In this document: one piece after another, positions 45,962-54,497 of the stretch | Position numbering within the stretch: position 1 is the first letter of the stretch | Layout: the number at the start of each line of letters is the position of its first letter | Origin: Candidatus Latescibacterota bacterium | GTDB taxonomy: Bacteria; Latescibacterota; UBA2968; UBA8231 | Assembly: GCA_965215195.1 (NCBI GenBank) | Contig: CBDCDC010000001.1 | Coordinates: forward strand, 928,001-992,000 | Length of the DNA: 64,000 nt | Reading direction: 5' to 3' | Program-made: the position numbers and the translations under genes | Notes under the pieces: model-generated | Seen by the model: the letters and a program-made list of their open reading frames with translations, nothing else | What the model was told of the DNA's origin: nothing | The model's database searches: none

Positions 45962-46281
45962 ATCGCCTTGTGTTCTTGTTAGAAGAAGACTCAATGAGGA
46001 TACTACTGGAAGGTCTGCTGCCAAAATTATTTCCCGAATTGTTATTCCAGTGTGTGCCCCACGACGGAAAGCAGGACCTAGAGAAGAGCATCCCACGCAA
46101 GTTGAAGGCTTGGCGCGAGCCGGGCACGACCATTGCGAAGCGATCCAATCGCTCAGATATTGAGAAAGCTTACTGCCTTACCGCTAATCGTGCGGTCTCG
46201 ACCTTCGACGGTAAACAATATCTCGTTCAGATTACAGCAAAGGAGAGATATAAATGGCCAAACTACTTGAGGAGATACTGA
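45958..46281 (+). pseudogene. Truncated DUF4276 (TOPRIM-like) gene
   Basis: First 56 aa (LVFLLEEDSM..LLEGLLP...HDGKQDLEKSIPRKLKAW.EP) fit DUF4276. The expected DxD strand is missing and the rest looks unrelated. Confidence 0.65.
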
Positions 46282-46718
46282 AGCAGAAACAAGAGCAACA
46301 GGAAGCGTCGGAGTTTGAACATGTAGCAGTTCGTCAGGAATGGATAGCCAACTGCGAAAAGCTCATGTCGAAGATAGCCGAGTGGTTACAGCCGCTTAAA
46401 GACAAAAACTGGCTGGAGATTCAGTCAGAGGATATTCCGATTCGGGAAGACCAGCTTGGGGATTACGAAACTCGATCTCTACGACTTGTCTTTTTAGACA
46501 GTCAGATTCTCACCTTCAGACCGGTCGGGCGTTTCATTATAGGTGCTCAAGGACGAGTCGATGTGGTCTCGGGTAGCACCCTTCTCGCAATGTTGCTGCA
46601 TAGAGGAAATGACGAGTGGGAATTTGCGAGGCGAGAGGGCCGATACGGGAAACCTGTACGGTGGGCATTCAATAGAAGTACCTTAGAGGAATTTCTGGTC
46701 GAGTTCCTAGAAGAGTAA
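46254..46718 (+). CDS. Hypothetical protein
   Basis: AAGGAG RBS, 154 aa, lower GC, PVGRFIIGAQGRVDV motif; stop is 2 nt from the next start. Confidence 0.75.
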   Translation: MAKLLEEILKQKQEQQEASEFEHVAVRQEWIANCEKLMSKIAEWLQPLKDKNWLEIQSEDIPIREDQLGDYETRSLRLVFLDSQILTFRPVGRFIIGAQGRVDVVSGSTLLAMLLHRGNDEWEFARREGRYGKPVRWAFNRSTLEEFLVEFLEE

Positions 46719-46720
46719 AA

Positions 46721-47251
46721 ATGCGCGAGTTCACTTGTGATTCGCTTCTCGAATGGTACGTCTTTCTCCAACAAAATGTGCGCGACCTTGGCGACGAGCA
46801 TTTTGAATCCTTCACACCGACTGAGTGCGACGAGGTACGTGCCGACCTGCTTGAGGAGCTACGCAAGGACTACGCGTTCAAGCTCCTTACGCTCTTGGAG
46901 GCAGGTATCCGAGAGGATTTTCTCGAATCGTTAAAACAAAAAAAGCGCGATAGAATAAGCAGAGCGTATCGCGATCTGTGTGCAGAATATCGCCGTGAGA
47001 CGAGTCAAGTTGGCAAGCAGGCTACTCAGGCATGTAGGCGGATTCCCATCGAGCGGATCTTCGACAAGTTACGAGACTGTTTCAGGGACATCGACGAGGC
47101 GTTTCGGAGGGTGTGCTCGGTAACCAAGGGATACTTCGGGTTTCGGAATTGGTATGCACACGGTCGGATTCGCACAATGCCGATTGTTCCAGATCCAGAA
47201 GACGTATATGATGCGTACGAGCAGTTTCAAGAGAAGGTGCTAAATAGATAA
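46721..47251 (+). CDS. Putative HEPN-domain ribonuclease
   Basis: Helical-looking 176 aa with N-terminal LLEAGIR and C-terminal RNWYAH (R-x4-H). Confidence 0.65.
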   Translation: MREFTCDSLLEWYVFLQQNVRDLGDEHFESFTPTECDEVRADLLEELRKDYAFKLLTLLEAGIREDFLESLKQKKRDRISRAYRDLCAEYRRETSQVGKQATQACRRIPIERIFDKLRDCFRDIDEAFRRVCSVTKGYFGFRNWYAHGRIRTMPIVPDPEDVYDAYEQFQEKVLNR

Positions 47252-47352
47252 CTGTCATTCAACTTGGTGGCGAGTTGGTATCACCTGACTGGCCGCTATG
47301 AATACCGACGACCCAATCCCATTTGCAGCATTAGCCCGCTTCAAGCGACCCT

Positions 47353-48750
47353 TCACCCACGCTCATCGGCCCGCTCAATGACCCGCATACTCTTCCAGCG
47401 GCCCGTGCGAAAGCGCAAGTAGAACGCCACGCCCAAGACGCATACATACGCACAGGCAAAGCTCCATATCAGGTACAGCCCCCCGTCGAAGTAGGTTAGG
47501 GCGACGAAAGACGGCACGACCATGAGCGCCCAAGCCAGCGAGATCGAAATCCACATGACGAAGCGGGTGTCGCCCGCGCCCTTCAGAGTCGCCGTGAAGA
47601 CCATGTAGGCGGCGTCGGAGACGCAGTACAGGGCCACGAAGCGCAGCAAGACCACGGCGATCTGATGCGCGGCCGCAAAGTTGGCGTCCCTGTCTTGGCC
47701 AAAGGGCGCGAGGAAAAGCTCCGGCACCACGACGTAGCCCAAGGACATGGTCCCCATGTACAGCATGGCCAAGTGCAAGCCCGTCCACGTGCAGTACTCG
47801 GCGGCGTCGGGCTGATCGCGCCCCAAGCGCTGGCCGACCATCGTCGAGATGGCAATGCTGCAACCAATGAGCGGCATAAAGGCGAGGCTGTTGATGTGAA
47901 AGGCCAAATTCGTCGCCGCTAGGGGAATCGGCCCCAAGCGGCCCACGACTAATAAAAAGAAGGTAAAGGCCATGATGTCGAGCATGAAGTTGACGCCGTT
48001 GGGGCCGCCGAAGCGCAACAGGCGCAGCAGCAGTTTGAGGTCGGGCTTCCAGCCGCGCAAGGTGGCGTATTCGCTGCGATAGCGCGGCCCCAAAAACAGC
48101 AGCGCGAAGCAAAGGGCCGAGACCACCAAGCCGATATTGGTAGCCCACGCCGCCCCGACGATCCCCAACTCAGGCAGTCCCCAGTGCCCGAATATCAGGC
48201 CGTAGTCGCAGACGATGTTGACGCTGATGGCCACGGCGTTGACCGCCAACACCACCCACGTCTGGCCCCGCCCGCTGAAAAAGCACGAGAAGGCCGTGGA
48301 CAAGACCTGCGGCCCGGTGCCGTAGCACAGGATGCGGAAGTACTGGGTTTCAGCGGCGCGGATGTCCGGGTCGTGGCCGATGAACGCGAAGAGTTCGCCG
48401 GCAAAGGCGGCCGGCAGCAAGGCCAAGAGGCCGCTGAACAGGGCCACGTACGCCCCTTGCCACACGGCCGGCCCCACGCGCGTCAGCCGCCGCGCACCCA
48501 TGTACTGGGCGACAAACGTGTTGGCGTATTGGGCCGTGCCCATGAAGAGGCTGATGAAGGTGAAGTTGGCCATGCCCGCCGGCAGCGCGGCCGCCAACGC
48601 CTCGGTGGAATACCAAGAGAGAAAGACCCGATCGACAAAGTGCTGGATGCTCCAGCTAGCCGTGCTCAGAATCAGCGGCAGGGCAAGCCGCAAAAACTCC
48701 CGATACCCGCCTGCGGCCCCCCACCGCCTCGCGATGCGGCCCACGCTCAA
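47353..48750 (-). CDS. MATE-family efflux transporter
   Basis: LALPLILS, twelve-TM pattern, FSCFFSGRGQT, LIFGHWGLPELGIVGAAWAT and LKGAGDT motifs; start inferred. Confidence 0.9.
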   Translation of the reverse strand: MSVGRIARRWGAAGGYREFLRLALPLILSTASWSIQHFVDRVFLSWYSTEALAAALPAGMANFTFISLFMGTAQYANTFVAQYMGARRLTRVGPAVWQGAYVALFSGLLALLPAAFAGELFAFIGHDPDIRAAETQYFRILCYGTGPQVLSTAFSCFFSGRGQTWVVLAVNAVAISVNIVCDYGLIFGHWGLPELGIVGAAWATNIGLVVSALCFALLFLGPRYRSEYATLRGWKPDLKLLLRLLRFGGPNGVNFMLDIMAFTFFLLVVGRLGPIPLAATNLAFHINSLAFMPLIGCSIAISTMVGQRLGRDQPDAAEYCTWTGLHLAMLYMGTMSLGYVVVPELFLAPFGQDRDANFAAAHQIAVVLLRFVALYCVSDAAYMVFTATLKGAGDTRFVMWISISLAWALMVVPSFVALTYFDGGLYLIWSFACAYVCVLGVAFYLRFRTGRWKSMRVIERADERG

Positions 48751-49766
48751 TTCGCCATAAATTCGGCCACCGCAATCAACTCCCCACCGCGCCGCGCCGA
48801 CTCCCACCCCGCCAGCACCGGGGCTAGCGAATGGAGGCCGTCGGCATAGTCGTTGAGGAGCAGGGCGCGGTTGCCAGTGCGCACGGCCTCAATGAAGACG
48901 CGGTCTTGCTCAAACCACGGGTCGAATTCCTCCGGCGCGTACACTATCTCGCCATTGACCTCGATCCGGTCGTACAGCCACAGTGCCAAGTATCCCCCTT
49001 CGTAAAAAACAGTGAAGCGCGGCTCGTCTCCTCGGGTCGCGGGCGTGGTGGCGAGGAACGTCGAGGTCATGGTCGCCCCGTTTGCCAACAAAAAGTTAAA
49101 CGAGCACGACAGCGGCATATTGTACCGAGGGGGATGGTGGTAAAACGCTTGCGCTTGGGTAATATCGAGGCCGCTCATAAAGCGCGCGTAGTCAACGGCG
49201 TGAACCCCCCAGTCAAAGGCCGAGCCGCCGGCCTTGTCCATCTGATAGTGCCAACTGTCCGGGTCGGGGACCTCGGCTTCGAGCAGGGGCAGGCCGGCCG
49301 TGCTCTGGAAGCGGACGTGGGTGATGGCCTTATCCGCGAGCAGGCGGCGGGCCTCCTGAAAGAGCGGGCGGTAGCGCTCGCGGAAACAGACCGTTGAGAT
49401 CGCGCCACCCGCAGCGACCGCAGCGGCAATGCGCCGCGCAACAGCCATGCTAGTCGCTTGCGGCTTCTCGCTGAAGAGATGGATGCCCCGCGCTGCGGCC
49501 ACAGCTTCCACATCAGTGCGCGCAAAGGCCGGCACGACCGAGTAGAGCGCGTCCAGCCGCTCCTCCGCAAGCATTTGGTGCGGGTCTGCATAGGTGCGGG
49601 CGATGGAGAACTTTTGCGCGGTAGCGGCGAGGTGGTCCGGGTTGGGGTCACTGGCGGCGACCAGCTCGACGCCGTCTAGCTTGCTCAGGTTGGGCAGGTG
49701 GGTGCGATTGGCGAAATTGCCGGTGCCATAGATGCCGACGCGCACCGGGCGATTGTCTGCGGGCAT
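48747..49766 (-). CDS. Gfo/Idh/MocA-family oxidoreductase
   Basis: VGIYGTGNFA, HLFSEKP and GGSAFDWGVHAVD motifs. Confidence 0.9.
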   Translation of the reverse strand: MPADNRPVRVGIYGTGNFANRTHLPNLSKLDGVELVAASDPNPDHLAATAQKFSIARTYADPHQMLAEERLDALYSVVPAFARTDVEAVAAARGIHLFSEKPQATSMAVARRIAAAVAAGGAISTVCFRERYRPLFQEARRLLADKAITHVRFQSTAGLPLLEAEVPDPDSWHYQMDKAGGSAFDWGVHAVDYARFMSGLDITQAQAFYHHPPRYNMPLSCSFNFLLANGATMTSTFLATTPATRGDEPRFTVFYEGGYLALWLYDRIEVNGEIVYAPEEFDPWFEQDRVFIEAVRTGNRALLLNDYADGLHSLAPVLAGWESARRGGELIAVAEFMAN

Positions 49767-49897
49767 GAGTGAGTCCTTTGTTTAGCAACCTTATACAGCG
49801 GAGCGAAAGAGGCAAAAAAAGGAAAAAGGAACTCATGCGCCAGAGCACACTCAAGTCGGATGTTGCATCGTTCTATAAATCCTTGTAAAATCTGACT

Positions 49898-50004
49898 ATG
49901 CCGAAAATCAGTCGATTGCTTGGGAGCGCGATTTGTATATGTGGGAGAATGGAGCAGACTTCGCATCTGAATTTCTCTACACTATTGTCACAGTTACGGC
50001 CTGA
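49898..50004 (+). pseudogene. Collapsed DUF4160/DUF2442 toxin-antitoxin-like relic
   Basis: MPKISRLLG (DUF4160-like start) followed about 15 nt later, in another frame, by WENGADFASEFLY..VTVTA* (DUF2442-like end). Confidence 0.55.
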
Positions 50005-50106
50005 GTGGGAAGTTACAAAAAACGCAAGTAATAGGAGCAACAACGGGAGATGGCGGAAATCACGTATAGTACGCCGTCTTAAAAAAGTGATTTAGGAAAG
50101 AGACCT

Positions 50107-50769
50107 ATGCCATTCAAGATCGCCGATGATCCGGAGACCAATTATCGGGAGTTGGTAAGAACCGCCTATAACCGCTGTGCGATGAATTACGCGGGGCAAA
50201 GACGTACCACGGCCGAGGCGGAGCTCAACTTGATAACTGAACGTCTGCCCCCTAATGCAAAGGTCCTTGATGTTGGATGTGGTACTGGTATCCCAGTCGC
50301 CCGACATCTTGCAGGGACGTTTAGCCTCACTGGAATCGACATCTCCTCGAACATGATAGCTCTAGCCAAGAAAAACGTTCCCACAGCCAAATTCGCCATT
50401 GCCGACGTAATGGAGACTGAATTCCCCGTAGGTAGCTTCGATGCAATTGTCAGCTTTTACGCCATCTTCCACATCCCAAGACGGGAGCATCTGAACCTAT
50501 TTCGTCGATTCGCACAGTGGCTTCGGCTTGGTGGGCTCCTTCTAATTACAGTTGCCCAGCAAGACGACGGTCCTGGCTATACTGAAGATGACTTCTTCGG
50601 CGGGACCATGTACTGGAGCAACTTTGGCCCCTCGACCTACAAGAAGTTGCTTACTGAGACTGGGTTTCAGATTGAACAGAGCGGTATCGTAGGAGGGGGA
50701 TTCGGAAGTGTTGATGTGCCAGAGGAAATTCACCCATTTTTCTTTGCCGTCAGAAGAGAAGGCTCGTAG
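50107..50769 (+). CDS. Class I SAM-dependent methyltransferase
   Basis: VLDVGCGTG, GIDIS, FDAIVSFYAIFH and WL..GG motifs. Confidence 0.9.
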   Translation: MPFKIADDPETNYRELVRTAYNRCAMNYAGQRRTTAEAELNLITERLPPNAKVLDVGCGTGIPVARHLAGTFSLTGIDISSNMIALAKKNVPTAKFAIADVMETEFPVGSFDAIVSFYAIFHIPRREHLNLFRRFAQWLRLGGLLLITVAQQDDGPGYTEDDFFGGTMYWSNFGPSTYKKLLTETGFQIEQSGIVGGGFGSVDVPEEIHPFFFAVRREGS

Positions 50770-50826
50770 ATTGGCAAACCGCATTTGCCGCAATCGGCGC
50801 ACTCGTTTATCTGGAAAGGACTACCA

Positions 50827-51240
50827 ATGCTGCTAACAGGTCGATGTCTTTGCGGAGCGGTCAGCTATACAAGCGACTCAGAGCCTCAATCTGTGACCTA
50901 TTGCCACTGCGACGACTGCCGTAGGGCTACGGGCAGTGCTTTCAATGTAGGAGTTGGCGTACCAGCTTCTACATTTCAACTGAGTGGTAAAACCAAGGGA
51001 TACGAATCTACGAATGACGAAGGTCGCACAAAAATTCGCGAATTCTGTCCAGAATGTGGTTCGCAGTTGTTCACACGGTACCCCGACTTGGTGTTTATCA
51101 AGGCGGGCACCCTAGACCATTCTGAAGCTCTGCGACCCACTCGAGAGATTTGGACTGAAATGGCAGTCCCGTGGTCTAAAATTACCGCTGGTCTGCATAA
51201 ATTTTCCCGTGGGGGAAGTTCGCAACCGACAGCACGTTAG
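50827..51240 (+). CDS. GFA/CENP-V-family Zn protein
   Basis: TGRCLCGAV, CHCDDCRR and FCPECGS motifs. Confidence 0.9.
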   Translation: MLLTGRCLCGAVSYTSDSEPQSVTYCHCDDCRRATGSAFNVGVGVPASTFQLSGKTKGYESTNDEGRTKIREFCPECGSQLFTRYPDLVFIKAGTLDHSEALRPTREIWTEMAVPWSKITAGLHKFSRGGSSQPTAR

Positions 51241-51335
51241 AAGCCGTCTGCTTCACCGCGCCTTTAGGCGTGACAAACCCCTGTCGGGCTGCTTTGGCGT
51301 CCGGCGTTTTTCGCGGGCGAGACGCCCTCGATCCC
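51240..51335. mobile_element. MITE family C, partial/diverged copy
   Basis: GAAGCCGTCTGCTTCACCGCGCCTTTAGGCGTGACAAACCCC matches 9929 onward; GGGCGAGACGCCCTCG hairpin present; right TIR absent. Confidence 0.75.
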
Positions 51336-51381
51336 AGCGGCTTGGAGTCAAGGCCGAGGGCGAAACCTTTTAGAGGTTCAG

Positions 51382-51960
51382 ATGAGGATCTCAGTCGTCA
51401 GCAGTAGTCTCGATCCCGACAGTCACAGTAGGGTGCTTGCTACCATGTGTCGTACCGCTTTGGAGGACAAGGGCATCTCTGGCGACTTCATCGATCTGCG
51501 ACAACTTGATCCGCCCAATTTCGACAACGGCGCGATCTATTCATCTGAGGTGTACCAATCGTGCCACAGGATCATTGCGGCCTCCGATGCCGTAATTTTG
51601 GCGAGTCCAGTGTACAATTGGGCGTGTTGCGCTGAACTCAAGAAATTTGTCGAGTATATAGGTTCTACGCCACCAGACGGATCGCGCAAAGGTGCTTTCT
51701 ACGACAAGATCGTGATGTTTGTCAATGCGGGTGGGTTGCCGCACAGCTATATGGCGTTTGCGCCGCTGGCAACATCCCTCATGCTGGATTTCAAGTGCAT
51801 TATTAGCCCGTATAACGTGTATGCCCACGACGGCAATTGGGTTGAGAAAGACGAACTCGACGACGCAACGGCCGCGAGATTAAACAAGTCTCTAGCTGTG
51901 CTGACTGAACTTGCGGAGCGGCTCAAGAGCCGGTCATATACATCGAACTGGGAAATCTGA
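51382..51960 (+). CDS. NADPH-dependent FMN reductase (flavodoxin-like)
   Basis: SSSL...SHS, DAVILASPVYN and LK.F motifs. Confidence 0.85.
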   Translation: MRISVVSSSLDPDSHSRVLATMCRTALEDKGISGDFIDLRQLDPPNFDNGAIYSSEVYQSCHRIIAASDAVILASPVYNWACCAELKKFVEYIGSTPPDGSRKGAFYDKIVMFVNAGGLPHSYMAFAPLATSLMLDFKCIISPYNVYAHDGNWVEKDELDDATAARLNKSLAVLTELAERLKSRSYTSNWEI

Positions 51961-51974
51961 TTTCCATTAAGCCG

Positions 51975-52403
51975 ATGCCAAATTGCGACTACAGTCTTAC
52001 GTGGTATCACGGTTCCCAGCAAGAGCTGACGAAACTTCGGGTCGGAAGTTCGATCACCCAGAACCGAAATGTGGCGAAAGCGTTCTCTCATAGACCTTCA
52101 ATTGTTTCTATGTCTGACGAAGGTGCGTCCCTATCTGACAAACTTAGGGTGAAGCACAACGGCGTGACGCCTGGTTATCTCTATGCCGTTTCCGATGACA
52201 TTGGTCCCAATGATGTGTATCCCCATCCCCATCCGGCAAATGCCGATCGCTGGGAGTGGCTGACTAACCGGGAGTTGAAGCTCGAACTCATCGAACAGAC
52301 TATAGCAACGGACGAAGAACGTCTGACAGACAAAGAAATCGCAGAGATAAGGCGGAAACAGCAGGAAAGGGGCGCGGAATCATTCGCGGAGTGGTCTGTT
52401 TGA
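51975..52403 (+). CDS. Hypothetical protein, possible ADP-ribosyltransferase-like fold
   Basis: WYHGS...SITQN..VAKAF...GYLY.V...WEWL spacing resembles the ART core strands. Confidence 0.5.
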   Translation: MPNCDYSLTWYHGSQQELTKLRVGSSITQNRNVAKAFSHRPSIVSMSDEGASLSDKLRVKHNGVTPGYLYAVSDDIGPNDVYPHPHPANADRWEWLTNRELKLELIEQTIATDEERLTDKEIAEIRRKQQERGAESFAEWSV

Positions 52404-52520
52404 AAAGAGGCCCGCTTGCCAATACTTTGCTCCCTGCGTTTGTTTCGGTTCTGATCCACTTTTTGCGCGGCAATAACGGAGCGCGCTTGACAAACATTTC
52501 TGATTGAAAGGCAACTCCAA

Positions 52521-53300
52521 ATGCTGATAATCGACGCGCATTGCCACGCCGGCAACAACTGGTTCGAGCCTATCGAGATCCTCGAGTTCGAGATGGACCG
52601 CAACGGCGTTGACAAGGCCGTACTCATCCAACACGGCGGCACATACAACAACACCTATCTCCTCCAAGAAGCAGCCAAGCGACCAGACCGGTTCAAAGTT
52701 GCGGTCCTCGTCGATCCCGAGTCCCGCGATCCACTCGGCGATCTTGCGCGGCTCGCAGAGCAAGGAGCAGCCGGTGTGCGCATGGCCCCGGATGGCCAGT
52801 TCGCCAACGCAGGTCCTTACGACATCTGGCGCAGAGCCGGCGAACTCGGCCTCGTAGTCTCGAGCATCGGCAACGCGCCCCAGTTCGCTGCCGACGACTT
52901 CTCGCGCGTGCTCGATGCGTGCCCGGACACGCACGTCGTCCTCGAACATCTCGCAGGAGTGGGCATTGCCGAGCCGCCCTATGCCGATTACGCTAAAGCC
53001 CTGCGACACGGCGAGCGCGACCACACCAGCATCAAAGTTCCCGGCTTGGGCGAAATCTGCGCCCGCCCACCGCGCCTGCTGCCCGAACTCGAATTCGACT
53101 GCGTCCCGCCACTTTTCGAGATGGCCAAGGACGCCTTCGGCGTACAACGCATGATGTGGGGCAGCGACTTTCCGCCCAGTGCTGGCAGAGAGGGCTACGC
53201 CAATGCGCGGCGCGGCGTCCTCAATCATCCGGCCTTTGCCGATGGCGATGATATCGAGTGGGTTATGGGAAAGACCGCAGCGCGCGTGTGGGGATTCTGA
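52521..53300 (+). CDS. Amidohydrolase_2-family protein
   Basis: IIDAHCH, VVLEHL and MMWGSDFP motifs. Confidence 0.9.
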   Translation: MLIIDAHCHAGNNWFEPIEILEFEMDRNGVDKAVLIQHGGTYNNTYLLQEAAKRPDRFKVAVLVDPESRDPLGDLARLAEQGAAGVRMAPDGQFANAGPYDIWRRAGELGLVVSSIGNAPQFAADDFSRVLDACPDTHVVLEHLAGVGIAEPPYADYAKALRHGERDHTSIKVPGLGEICARPPRLLPELEFDCVPPLFEMAKDAFGVQRMMWGSDFPPSAGREGYANARRGVLNHPAFADGDDIEWVMGKTAARVWGF

Positions 53301-53453
53301 GAAGCGGTCTGAAAATTCCGGGAAGCAGCAAACAATCTGATCGAGGGCGTCTCGCCCTCGAAAAGCGCTCCCTCCGAGGGCCGCTTGACCGCTACTCAAC
53401 GCGATCCGCCGGGGGTTTGTCACGCCTAAAGGCGTGGTGAAGCAGACCGCTTC
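53301..53453. mobile_element. MITE family C, full copy 2 (153 bp, inverted relative to copy 1), TGA target duplication
   Basis: GAAGCGGTCTG / CAGACCGCTTC TIRs; TGA on both sides, the left one being the amidohydrolase stop codon. Confidence 0.88.
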
Positions 53454-53493
53454 TGAGAAAATCTAACTTCCCTGTGGAAAATAGCAGAGCGAA

Positions 53494-54117
53494 ATGGCCC
53501 CAAAAAAAAAGAAAACCACGCGCCAAGCCTATGGCATCACAGTGCTCAAAGCCGCTGATCCCCGGGTGCGCGCCCAAAAAAAGCAGTACGCCCCCTGCAT
53601 CCACGGCAACAAATTCTGGAATGTGAGTTGGTGCGTGATGGACTTCCTCTCGCATCAGGGCCTGCCGCCAAAGACGCGGGTTTTGGATATCGGCTGCGGT
53701 TGGGGCCTCGCCGGGATATACTGCGCCAAAAATCACGATGCCAACGTCACGGCGATGGACGCGGATGCAGCGGTCTTTCCCTACTTGCAGCTACACGCCG
53801 AGATCAACGGAGTCGAGATAGAGACTTGGCGCTGCAAGTTCGAGAAAGTAAAAAAGAAAGACCTGCGACAAACCAACCTGATTATCGGGGCCGATATTTG
53901 CTTTTGGGACGAGATGGTCAAGCCGCTCTACAAGCTGATCAAAAAGGCGGTCGGGGTCGGGGTCGGGCAGATCATCATCGCCGATCCGGGCCGCCCGCCC
54001 TTTCACGAACTGAGCGAGAAGGTCGTCGATAAGCTCGGCGGCGAGCTCAAGGAGTGGGAAATCAACAGCGAGGTCAAAGCCGACGCGTACCTGCTCATCG
54101 CGGGCACACTGCCTTAG
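53494..54117 (+). CDS. Class I SAM-dependent methyltransferase (Methyltransf_16-like)
   Basis: VLDIGCGWGL.G, IIGADICF and ADPGR motifs. Confidence 0.85.
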   Translation: MAPKKKKTTRQAYGITVLKAADPRVRAQKKQYAPCIHGNKFWNVSWCVMDFLSHQGLPPKTRVLDIGCGWGLAGIYCAKNHDANVTAMDADAAVFPYLQLHAEINGVEIETWRCKFEKVKKKDLRQTNLIIGADICFWDEMVKPLYKLIKKAVGVGVGQIIIADPGRPPFHELSEKVVDKLGGELKEWEINSEVKADAYLLIAGTLP

Positions 54118-54445
54118 TACACGACACCTACGTTGAGTGCGCGTCTTTGCGAGCATTCCCGGGCAGGACGCCCGCTCGCCCGGCGGACCGCGTTGAGCAG
54201 CGGTTGAGACGCCCTTGGATGGAGCATTTTGCGAGGGCGAGACGCCCTCGATCCTCGATTGTTTGCTGCACACAAGGGACGGTCCGCGGAATTTTCAGAC
54301 CGCTTCCAGAAACGTTCTTAAAATGCCCGTGCCGGCTTAGTGGTTAGTGCCCTTGCCCATAGGGCGCGGTGAAGCCGCTTTTTGCGATGGGGATCGATCA
54401 AGTCAATGCCCCGTTGTCACGCCTGCGGCGCGGTGAAGCGGCCAG
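54113..54445. repeat. Mosaic of MITE A end, MITE C right half and MITE C fragments
   Basis: CTTAGTACACGACACC at 54113; CCCGGCGGACCGCGTTGAG...GGAATTTTCAGACCGCTTC at about 54179-54306; TTGTCACGCC..GGCGCGGTGAAGC near 54414-54439. Confidence 0.7.
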
Positions 54446-54497
54446 GCGATCCCGCAAGGGATCCGGTCGGCGGCTCGATCATAAATCAGGCGTGGGA

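Noticed and set aside
49898-50095. 65-aa ORF MPKISRLLG... as a real gene
   Set aside because: Only the first nine residues look family-like; better explained as a collapsed relic.
51200-51245. GTTAGAA after the GFA gene as an integron attC core site
   Set aside because: No matching RYYYAAC inverse core or attC palindrome; the sequence is the junction with MITE C.
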